Below are positions 1 through 7,698 of a stretch of DNA of 25,620 nucleotides, one piece after another. The DNA is from an uncultured Lachnospiraceae bacterium (GTDB lineage Bacteria > Bacillota > Clostridia > Lachnospirales > Lachnospiraceae). Made by a program: the position numbers and the translations under genes. The notes beneath the pieces were generated by a model. That model was not told the origin of the DNA, did not search any database, and worked only from the letters and a program-made list of their open reading frames with translations. The stretch covers positions 1 to 25,620 of the forward strand of contig CAZSGT010000001.1 of NCBI GenBank assembly GCA_964606215.1, in the 5' to 3' direction. Position 1 is the stretch's first letter, and the number at the start of each line of letters is the position of its first letter.

Positions 1-660
1 CGTTCCCAGCAGCAGCGTGCCGCCTTTATCCACAAAATTCTGAATCGCCGCAATCTGATTTTCCGTATACTCTTCCGTGCTCTCGTTGTTAATCAACAGA
101 ATATCCAGGCTATCCATGGCACGGTAATCCTCCGGCACCCCGTCTTTCAGATAAAATGTAGTTATATTTCCCTGCATGAGGTATCCCAGGTCATCTGTGC
201 CCGTTCCCACAATTCCCACGTTAACCGTAGACTCTCTTGTGACCCTCTGATTAAACTTGTGCTGTCCCAGCTTTTTTCCCTCTGCATCACAAAGCTGCAA
301 CGTCATCACACTGGTTCCCGAAACACACACCGGAATGATAATAGAGATATTCTTCGTCTCTCCCTGGGCAACGCTAATGGTCTTCCGGTACATCATCTTA
401 TCAGCGGAAACCGGAATAATCACCTGCAGCATACCGGAAAAATCCTTCCCCGTATTGGTTACCTGGCTGCGCACCTCCATATATCTGCCAAACTTCACCG
501 TAGATATGGGGCTCTCCTGGATATCTACCGTAATATCCCCTGCAGTAAATCCAGTATCACTTTTATTGGTGCTGTTGTTTTTCTTCCCACAGCCAACAAT
601 CAGAACCGCTGTCAGCATCAGCGCCAGTATCCCCCATCGTCTCCAACTATTCTTCATCAT
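1..660 (-). CDS. Secreted lipoprotein, 5' part only (runs off the left edge); ends in a class I glutamine-amidotransferase-like fold segment
   Basis: Not in the ORF track; translated by hand. ATG at 660, overlapping the kinase 3' end, with AAAGGTGG upstream. The frame is open to position 1: MMKNSWRRWGILALMLTAVLIVGCGKK... (lipobox IVGC), then a beta-rich region, then ...MDSLDILLINN...NQIAAIQNFVDKGGTLLLGT. Confidence 0.85.
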   Translation of the reverse strand, partial: MMKNSWRRWGILALMLTAVLIVGCGKKNNSTNKSDTGFTAGDITVDIQESPISTVKFGRYMEVRSQVTNTGKDFSGMLQVIIPVSADKMMYRKTISVAQGETKNISIIIPVCVSGTSVMTLQLCDAEGKKLGQHKFNQRVTRESTVNVGIVGTGTDDLGYLMQGNITTFYLKDGVPEDYRAMDSLDILLINNESTEEYTENQIAAIQNFVDKGGTLLLGT

Positions 661-1858
661 CTTTTCCACCTTTCTCGTTCTCTTCCGTTACCGGCAGATA
701 CATCCGGAAACGGGTTCCCTGAATCCCGCTCTCCACCTCTACCTTACCGCCATGCAAAACGGCAATCTCCCGGACAATGTTAAGACCTAACCCGCTTCCC
801 CCTGTCTCTGTGCTCCGGCTCTCCTCCACCCTGTAAAATTTCTCGAAAATCAGTTCCAGGCTTTCTTTTGGAATGATTTTACCAAAATTCGTCACCATTA
901 TCATAAGTTGTCCCGGCGACTTTTCTATATCCAGCAGAATCCGCTTGCCATCCTTGCCGTATTTAATGGCATTGCTTATAAGATTCTGCACCGCCCTTGC
1001 AATCAACTCCCCATCCACCTCTAAAACACAACTGTTTATATTGGAACGGTATTCGCATTCCAGCCGTTCCTCCTCAAACAGCGGAAAAAACTCCTCAATC
1101 ATCTGACAGACCAGCTGTACCACATCAATTTCTGCCCGTTTTACGCTAATCTCTCCGGAAGCTAACTTCGTATAGGAGAATAAATCTTCTGTCAAATTTG
1201 ACAAACGATGGGCTTTATCCGTGGCAATCTCCACAAACCTCTGACGTTTTTCCTCATCGTATTTATCTCTTGCCGAGGCAAGTTCCAGATATCCGATTAC
1301 GGAAGTCAGCGGTGTCCGCAAGTCGTGTGCCACGCTGGCAATCAAATCCTTTTTAGTCTGTTATTTGTCCCTCTCTATCCGCATAAGCCGCTGCATCTTC
1401 ACAGTCATATCGTTGACCGCATCTGCCAGCATGCCAATCTCATCCTGTCTGTCTATCTGTATGGCGTGTATCTCTTCTTCGTCCGTTACACTGTGGATTC
1501 CCCTTACAATCTCCTTTAAATCCCGTTTCAGCTTTCTGGTTAAGAGCAAAAAATACAGCGTAAACAAAATAAGTCCTACAATGAAAACTGTAACAACTGC
1601 TATTATGAAAGCTTCTTTGCTCATAGGTCTTACCAGACGGTTCACCACTCTGTCATAGCTGCTCTGGCTCTCATAGAGTTTCCATGCCTTTGGTCCTTTA
1701 CCCAGAGACCGGTCCTTATGCCCCATCTTCACACTGACCAGATACAACAGACAAATTCCTAACACCTCTGTTGCCGCCGCCAGAACCAGACTGCACACAC
1801 TAATCCACACAATTCTCAGTCGAAAATTTTTTTCAAATATGATTCTGTGTCTATCCAA
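647..1858 (-). pseudogene. Sensor histidine kinase (2 TM, HAMP, HisKA, HATPase_c) interrupted by an in-frame TAA at 1361-1363
   Basis: Track ORFs 1361..1858 (two TM helices, HAMP: DEIGMLADAVNDM) and 647..1345 (H-box AHDLRTPLTS, N-box QNLISNAIKY, G boxes IFEKFYRV and GGSGLGL) are in the same frame. They read ...ERDK*QTKKDLIASVAHDLRTP..., separated only by one stop codon. Confidence 0.85.
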
Positions 1859-2546
1859 TCTTGTAACCCACGCCCCAGACAGTCTGTATAATCTCTGCCT
1901 TTCTTGGGTTCCTCTCTATCTTTTCCCGCAAACGCCGTATATGCACCATGACTGTGTTGCTGGCCTCAAAGCATTTTTCCTTCCAGACCGCCTCATATAA
2001 CTCATCGGTGCGAAATACCTTACCTGGATGGGACGCCATCATATACAGAATGTCAAACTCCCTGGGAGTACATTTTACACTCTTCCCATACGCCAACACC
2101 TGTCTGGTCTCATAGTCAATCGTGAGATTGTCAAGCATGACCGTTCCCTGGGGTGCCTTCGCCTTGTTAAACTCTGTACACCGCCGCATCTGGGACTGCA
2201 CCCTGGCTCCCAGCTCCAGCGGATTGAAGGGCTTGGTGATATAATCATCCGCTCCGTTTCGCAGCCCGCCAATCTTATCTACATCTCCGTCTCTAGCGCT
2301 GAGCATAATAATCGGTATGGTACTCTCTCTGCGAATGGCTTTGCATACCTGCATCCCGTCCATCTCCGGCATCATAATATCCAAAATCGCCAAATCAATC
2401 TTTTTCGCATGGAACAGCTGCAATGCCTCCTTGCCGCCATATGCCTTGCAGACCTGATATCCGTCACTCACCAGATACAGCTCCACTAAATCTGCAATTT
2501 CCTTATCATCATCTGCAACCAAAATCTGAAACATCTCATTGTCCAT
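1851..2546 (-). CDS. OmpR/PhoB-family response regulator (VanR-like)
   Basis: Receiver motifs ILVADDD, LDIMMP, ADDYITKPF and winged-helix motifs TVMVHIRRLREKIE, VWGVGYK. Start moved to the ATG at 2546, which has GGAGG 9 nt upstream. The stop overlaps the kinase start. Confidence 0.93.
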   Translation of the reverse strand: MDNEMFQILVADDDKEIADLVELYLVSDGYQVCKAYGGKEALQLFHAKKIDLAILDIMMPEMDGMQVCKAIRRESTIPIIMLSARDGDVDKIGGLRNGADDYITKPFNPLELGARVQSQMRRCTEFNKAKAPQGTVMLDNLTIDYETRQVLAYGKSVKCTPREFDILYMMASHPGKVFRTDELYEAVWKEKCFEASNTVMVHIRRLREKIERNPRKAEIIQTVWGVGYKIG

Positions 2547-2623
2547 ATACAGAAACCTCCTGTGTTTCATCATTTACAAAAATATCCTATTTGATATATT
2601 ACCATAACACAGGGGACATAGAC

Positions 2624-2640
2624 CTTACGAATTTCTTAAA
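2624..2640 (-). promoter_or_regulatory. Possible response-regulator direct repeat TTTAAG-N5-CGTAAG upstream of the RR gene
   Basis: The minus strand reads TTTAAGAAATTCGTAAG with 11-bp periodicity, followed 17 nt later by TATGGT (preceded by TGt). Confidence 0.35.
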
Positions 2641-2646
2641 TATTTT

Positions 2647-2720
2647 AAAAAAAATCAAAACAGACTTTTACATACCAGCGACAATGTGTCTTACCTGTAA
2701 AGGTCTGTTTTGGTTTTTTA
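2647..2720. terminator. Long inverted repeat, probably an intrinsic terminator for the upstream minus-strand genes
   Basis: CAAAACAGACTTTTACA (2656-2672) and TGTAAAAGGTCTGTTTTG (2696-2713) pair with a one-base bulge. There is an A-run on the left and a T-run on the right. Confidence 0.6.
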
Positions 2721-2767
2721 TAAAGTAGATTCTGATATTTTGATTAGAAAGTATTTTCCCATCACCC

Positions 2768-3109
2768 CTACATATAAATCCCCGCGCCGTAAAGAAGCAT
2801 GAAGATTATCAGCATAATTCCATTTCCTATGGCGCCGATATTGGGAAACAGATACCGGATTTCCTCCCTCCTCAATGCCTGCACCGCCAGGACAAACCCT
2901 GCAATGCTCACGACAAAACATCCCATACCGCCCAGTCCCATGGCAAACAAAGTTCCATTGCCCTTTGTCCGGCTGGATGCTGCACACAGCATCACAAAGC
3001 CCCACACACAGATGACCAGGCATATCACCGAAACAATTCCCTGCCACGGATGGGTTTTATCCGTCAGTTTTAAATTATCTACCACCGATTTTCTCCGCTT
3101 TTTCGCCAT
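2768..3109 (-). CDS. Small membrane protein, three predicted TM helices (DUF6142-like)
   Basis: Basic N-terminus MAKKRRK followed by three hydrophobic segments. GGAGGA lies about 9-10 nt upstream of the ATG at 3109; an alternative ATG is at 3118. The DUF name is from recollection. Confidence 0.75.
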   Translation of the reverse strand: MAKKRRKSVVDNLKLTDKTHPWQGIVSVICLVICVWGFVMLCAASSRTKGNGTLFAMGLGGMGCFVVSIAGFVLAVQALRREEIRYLFPNIGAIGNGIMLIIFMLLYGAGIYM

Positions 3110-3214
3110 CTTCTTCATTCCTCCAAACGCACTGGCATGCTGGTACATCCTTTTATCTCTCCGAATACACTTTCAATGATACCGAATATGTCGTCATAAA
3201 CCACCAAACTTTGT

Positions 3215-3679
3215 TCATTCACCCTTACTGCGCACAAATACATGATACACAATCTGATACACAAGGTAACCCAATACTCCTCCCAGCGTATTCAACAATA
3301 TATCATCCACATCAAAAGACCCCACCTTGGACACCAGCTGGATAATCTCCACAATCAGTGAAAATTCCATGCTGAGAAAAAACACCTGATAAAACTTCCG
3401 GTATCTGGTAATGACGGGCAGGACAAATCCAAAAGGCACAAATGCCATCACATTTCCCGCCAGATTTAAAAACACGTACCATAATCCCAGCTGGTCAATA
3501 TAGGTAAGGTATCTTCTAATCTCTTTTAACGGCTTTAAACTGTATTTATATTCATTGCTGGGAATTCTGCCCATCTGTTCGGAAAAGAACAAAAAATACA
3601 CCAGCGCCACAATATACGTAATAAACAAAACCCAGGCAATTCCCCGGACTACACGTTTTTTCCCCTTTGATAACGTCAA
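3215..3679 (-). CDS. VanZ-like family membrane protein
   Basis: Motifs NLAGNVMAFVPFGFVLP, SLIVEIIQ and FDVDDILLNTLGGVLGY. TTG start. Confidence 0.9.
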   Translation of the reverse strand: MTLSKGKKRVVRGIAWVLFITYIVALVYFLFFSEQMGRIPSNEYKYSLKPLKEIRRYLTYIDQLGLWYVFLNLAGNVMAFVPFGFVLPVITRYRKFYQVFFLSMEFSLIVEIIQLVSKVGSFDVDDILLNTLGGVLGYLVYQIVYHVFVRSKGE

Positions 3680-3712
3680 CGGCTCGCACCATCCTGTTTC
3701 ATATTTCTAAGG

Positions 3713-3740
3713 AAAAACGGGCTGTTACGAAAACAGCCCG
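3713..3740 (-). terminator. Intrinsic terminator-like hairpin downstream of pheT
   Basis: Perfect 9-bp stem CGGGCTGTT/AACAGCCCG with a 5-nt loop, followed on the minus strand by TTTTTCCTT. Confidence 0.75.
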
Positions 3741-3757
3741 CATCCTAACTACCAGTT

Positions 3758-3786
3758 ATTATATACTAGTGTTGTAGAATAGTAAA
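3758..3786 (-). promoter_or_regulatory. Putative sigma-A promoter TTTACT-N17-TATAAT
   Basis: The -35 at 3786-3781 and a perfect -10 at 3763-3758 are spaced 17 bp apart, immediately after the pheT stop. Confidence 0.5.
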
Positions 3787-3789
3787 GAA

Positions 3790-6228
3790 TTATTTGCGAA
3801 GTTCCACACCCATTTTTCCAAGTTTTGCAAATAATTTTTCCATAATGTCATTGATTTCCTTATCCTCAAGGGTTCTGTCCTTGGCACGGAACACGATTTT
3901 ATATGCCATGGACTTGTGTCCTTCCTCAATCTGCTCACCCTCATAAATGTCAAACAGCTGACATCCCTCCAACAGTGCGCCGCCGCATTTACGGATTTGT
4001 TCTTCAATGTCTCCCGCCAGCACTTCCTTTTTCATTACCATACTGATGTCACGGGTACTTGCCGGGAACTTGGGAACGCCGGTGTACTTCACATCAAATC
4101 TTGCAAGCTCCGTGACGTCTCTCATATCAATCACTGCAATATAGGCGCGCTCACCAATATTGTAATTGTCCAGCACTTCCGGATGCACCTCTCCCAGATA
4201 TGCAATCTCCCTGCCGTCATATATGACCTTTGCCTGCCGTCCCGGGTGCAGGTACGGAATCCCTGCTGCCGGGTCATATTTTGTCGTCCCGGTCAATCCC
4301 ATGGTCTCGAACAATGTCTCAATCAGCCCCTTCATGGTGAAGAAATCGCCCTCTCCATACATTCCCAGGGTCAGCTGCATGTGCTCATCGGGAAGCTCTG
4401 TCAGCGGCAGTGCCTTTGGCTGATACACATTCGCCAGCTCGTAGAGGCGTACATCTTTGTTCCGGCGGTTATAATTGGTTGCCAGGGAAGTAAGCATACC
4501 GCCCAGTGCAGACGTCCTCATAACACTGAAATCCTCGCCCAATGGGTTGGCAATCCTGATTGCCTGACGCAGTTCATGGTCTTCGCCTAACAGCAATTTA
4601 TCGAATACCTTGGCACTCTCAAAGGAGTAGGTCATTCCCTCGTTAAAGCCCAGACGCTCTGCAACTTCTCTCGCTTTCTTTTCAATCTGCATCTTGTAGG
4701 ACAAGCCGCCGGTGGTAGCCGAACCGGATGGCAAAGTAGTGGGGATGTTGTCATAGCCATAGAATCTTGCCACTTCCTCTGCCATGTCCGCCATTCTCTC
4801 CAAATCCTGTCGCCAGGTAGGAACGATAACCTCTTTTTTCTCCCTGTCCACCATCAAATCAATCTTTTCAAAGTAACCGATCATGGTCTCTTCGTCAATG
4901 TCTGTACCCAGAAGGGCATTAATCGTATCCCCGTCGTAGGGCACCCGCACCGGCTCTTTCACTTTACTGTATACATCCACAGCACCGCCCACAACTTCTC
5001 CGGCGCCTAACTCCTCTATGAGCTGGCAGGCACGGTTGATGGCGTCCATGGCGTTGTTGGGGTCTAAGCCCTTTTCAAACTTCGCCTGGGCGTCGGTGCG
5101 CATACCTAATTTTTTGCCGGACAGACGGATATTGGTTCCGTCAAAACATGCCGCCTCAAATAACATTGTCGTAACGTCATCGGTAATCTTGGAATTTTCA
5201 CCACCCATGATACCTGCCACACCGATTGCCTTTTCCTCATCACAAATCATCAGCATAGTATCATCCAGCGTGCGCTCCTGTCCGTCCAAAGTCTGGAATA
5301 TCTCGCCGTTTTCTGCACGGCGTACCACAATTTTTTTCCCGGCAATCTTATCTAAATCATAAGCATGCATGGGCTGGCCGAACTCTTCCATGACATAGTT
5401 GGTAATATCCACAATATTATTAATGGGACGGATTCCCGCTGCCGCCAGCCTTCTCTGCATCCACTCCGGGGACGGGGCAATCTGAATATTCTTTACCACT
5501 CTTGCCACATATCTGGGGCAAAGCTCTGCATCCTGTACCTCAACAGAAACATAGTCTGCTGCATTCTCTGCATTTCCAGTCTCTGTTACCACCGGGGGTA
5601 CAAAGGGTTTTCCAAAGGTTGCAGCTGCCTCCCTGGCAATGCCGGTAACCGCAAAGCAATCCACACGGTTGGATGTAATCTCATACTCAAATACCACATC
5701 ACGCAACCCCAGAAGTTCCGGTACATCTGCCCCGCAAGGCGCCTTCGCATACTCCGGATTATCACTTAAGATATAAATACCGTCCTCTGCAGCGTCCGGG
5801 TACATATCCGTGTTGGAGCCAAGCTCATCAATGGAGCACATCATACCAAAGGACTCCACGCCGCGCAGCTTGCCCTTCTTGATTTTGATACCGCCTTCCT
5901 TCGCTCCGTCATGGTGGGTTCCCGCCACGCGTCCTCCATCCAGTACCACCGGTACCTTATCGCCTTCTTTTACATTGGGCGCTCCGGTTACAATCTGCAC
6001 CTGGCTGCCATCTTCATCAATCTGCACCTGGCAGATAATCAGCTTATCCGCATCCGGATGCTTCTCAATTTTATTTATTTTGCCGACCACAATTTTATCC
6101 AGGTTTGCATCTAACTCCACAAAGCCCTCGACCTTTGTCCCGGAAAGGGTCATGGCGTCTGTATATTCCTGGGCTGTACAGGAAAGTTCTGGCACATATG
6201 CCTTTATCCATGATAATGGTGTATTCAT
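3790..6228 (-). CDS. pheT: Phenylalanine--tRNA ligase beta subunit
   Basis: 812 aa with EITSNRVDC, NNIVDITNYVM and RTDAQAKFEKG motifs, a B5 domain (DMAEEVARFYGYDNIP) and an FDX-ACB C-terminus. AGGAGG RBS. Confidence 0.98.
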   Translation of the reverse strand: MNTPLSWIKAYVPELSCTAQEYTDAMTLSGTKVEGFVELDANLDKIVVGKINKIEKHPDADKLIICQVQIDEDGSQVQIVTGAPNVKEGDKVPVVLDGGRVAGTHHDGAKEGGIKIKKGKLRGVESFGMMCSIDELGSNTDMYPDAAEDGIYILSDNPEYAKAPCGADVPELLGLRDVVFEYEITSNRVDCFAVTGIAREAAATFGKPFVPPVVTETGNAENAADYVSVEVQDAELCPRYVARVVKNIQIAPSPEWMQRRLAAAGIRPINNIVDITNYVMEEFGQPMHAYDLDKIAGKKIVVRRAENGEIFQTLDGQERTLDDTMLMICDEEKAIGVAGIMGGENSKITDDVTTMLFEAACFDGTNIRLSGKKLGMRTDAQAKFEKGLDPNNAMDAINRACQLIEELGAGEVVGGAVDVYSKVKEPVRVPYDGDTINALLGTDIDEETMIGYFEKIDLMVDREKKEVIVPTWRQDLERMADMAEEVARFYGYDNIPTTLPSGSATTGGLSYKMQIEKKAREVAERLGFNEGMTYSFESAKVFDKLLLGEDHELRQAIRIANPLGEDFSVMRTSALGGMLTSLATNYNRRNKDVRLYELANVYQPKALPLTELPDEHMQLTLGMYGEGDFFTMKGLIETLFETMGLTGTTKYDPAAGIPYLHPGRQAKVIYDGREIAYLGEVHPEVLDNYNIGERAYIAVIDMRDVTELARFDVKYTGVPKFPASTRDISMVMKKEVLAGDIEEQIRKCGGALLEGCQLFDIYEGEQIEEGHKSMAYKIVFRAKDRTLEDKEINDIMEKLFAKLGKMGVELRK

Positions 6229-6245
6229 CTTCTTTACCTCCTAAT

Positions 6246-7265
6246 CTAAAACTGCTTTAAGAAACGCACGTCATTCTCATATAACAGACGCATATCGTCA
6301 ATCTCATAGTTAAACAGGGCAATTCGCTCCAGACCAACACCAAAGGCAAATCCTGTATACTCCTGTGGGTCGATGCCGCTCATCTCCAACACCCTCGGAT
6401 GCACCATACCGCATCCAAGAATCTCTACCCAGCCAGAACCCTTACAGAACCGGCATCCTTTGCCGCCGCATTTAAAGCAGGTAACATCCACCTCTGCACT
6501 TGGCTCTGTAAACTGGAAATGATGGGGACGGAATTTTACTTTTGTCTCCTCACCAAACAGTTTCTTTGCAAATTCCTGCAATGTACCTTTCAAATCTGCG
6601 AAGGTAATGTTTTTGTCGATAACCAATCCCTCAATCTGATGGAAAGTGGGGGAATGGGTAGCATCCACCTCATCGGAACGGAACACTCTTCCCGGTGCAA
6701 TCATGCGGATGGGAAGCTTTCCCTTTTCCATCTCATGTACCTGCACGGAAGATGTCTGGGTGCGCAGCAGAATATTGCTGGTAATATAAAACGTATCCTG
6801 CTCATCCTTTGCCGGATGGTTATCCGGAATGTTTAACGCCTCAAAATTATAGTAATCGTATTCGATTTCCGGACCTTCCACCACTTCATAACCCATTCCG
6901 ATGAAAATATTTTCCACTTCTTCCAGCGTAATCGTATTTGGGTGGCGGTGTCCCAGCACCGGACGTCTGCCAGGCAGTGTCACGTCTATGGTCTCTCTCT
7001 GAATCTTCTCCTCCCGGAGTTTTTTCTCAAATGTCTCTCTCTTTACCGCCAGCCGGTTCTCAATAGTCTGTCTCGCCTCATTAACCATCTGACCCACCTT
7101 GGGACGGTCCTCCGGAGCCACATCCTTCATGGATTTAAGCACGCTGGTAAGCGCACCTTTCTTACCCAGGAAATTCACTTTAATCTCTGTCAGTTTATCC
7201 AGCTGTTCCGATGCGTCAATCTGACCAAGCGCATCATTCATGATTTTTTCCAGTTTTTCTTTCAC
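6246..7265 (-). CDS. pheS: Phenylalanine--tRNA ligase alpha subunit
   Basis: Motifs HPAKDEQDTFY, FRSDEVDATHSPTFHQIEG, FTEPSAEVD and FAFGVGLERIA. Start moved to the GTG at 7265 (AGGAGG 6 nt upstream), giving 339 aa. Confidence 0.98.
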   Translation of the reverse strand: MKEKLEKIMNDALGQIDASEQLDKLTEIKVNFLGKKGALTSVLKSMKDVAPEDRPKVGQMVNEARQTIENRLAVKRETFEKKLREEKIQRETIDVTLPGRRPVLGHRHPNTITLEEVENIFIGMGYEVVEGPEIEYDYYNFEALNIPDNHPAKDEQDTFYITSNILLRTQTSSVQVHEMEKGKLPIRMIAPGRVFRSDEVDATHSPTFHQIEGLVIDKNITFADLKGTLQEFAKKLFGEETKVKFRPHHFQFTEPSAEVDVTCFKCGGKGCRFCKGSGWVEILGCGMVHPRVLEMSGIDPQEYTGFAFGVGLERIALFNYEIDDMRLLYENDVRFLKQF

Positions 7266-7374
7266 AATAATCCTCCTAACTTTGCCTTTGCATATTTCCT
7301 GCTCGCGCAAGTGCGCATCCACATAGAGCGCTTTTTGTTTTATAAGAATCCCAAAGAATCTCTTCTTATAAGAC

Positions 7375-7408
7375 AAAAAAGAACCTCTACAACAGTTTGT
7401 AAAGGTTC
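7375..7408 (-). terminator. T-box attenuator terminator
   Basis: Stem GAACCTTTACA/TGTAGAGGTTC with one G-U pair, followed by TTTTTT. Confidence 0.8.
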
Positions 7409-7660
7409 GCAATCAGACAATATAAACGGTACCTTTACATATCGGGGACGAATCAAACCGCGGTACCACCCCGTTTCCTGCAAATACTTACAGGCTCTCT
7501 GGTATGCGTAACGTGCACAATCCGTCTCTTCCTACTGCATGTTCAAAAGAGAAGCTCCTGTGGGAAATTCAAAAGATATCTGAACTAAAGGAAGCTTGCA
7601 GCCGATGGCTTCCTCTCTCTGTTAGAAAACATCCTTCTACTGACACATTCACAGCTTTTA
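7375..7660 (-). promoter_or_regulatory. Phe T-box riboswitch leader
   Basis: Stem I start GCTGTGAA...AGTA, AG box AGAGAG, GCTGCAAG loop and specifier region GAATTTCC (UUC at 7566-7564). Stem III is CCTGTAAGTATTTGCAGG. The antiterminator is CGGGG-UGGUACC-GCGG...UCGU-CCCCG (7473-7443). The terminator is at 7408-7375. Confidence 0.93.
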
Positions 7661-7669
7661 TCTCTGCTT

Positions 7670-7698
7670 ATTCTAGCACCTGAAAAATACCCTGTCAA
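7670..7698 (-). promoter_or_regulatory. sigma-A promoter of pheST, TTGACA-N17-TAGAAT
   Basis: Consensus -35 at 7698-7693 (overlapping the HD-GYP stop codon), 17-bp spacer, -10 at 7675-7670, directly before T-box stem I. Confidence 0.85.

Noticed and set aside
1361-1363. Stop-codon reassignment (TAA read as an amino acid)
   Set aside because: TAA terminates other intact genes here at their expected ends (for example pheT). Only one gene has an internal stop.
7266-7412. Extended pheS N-terminus in the track (388 aa)
   Set aside because: It runs through the T-box terminator. The GTG at 7265 has a strong RBS and gives a normal-length PheS.
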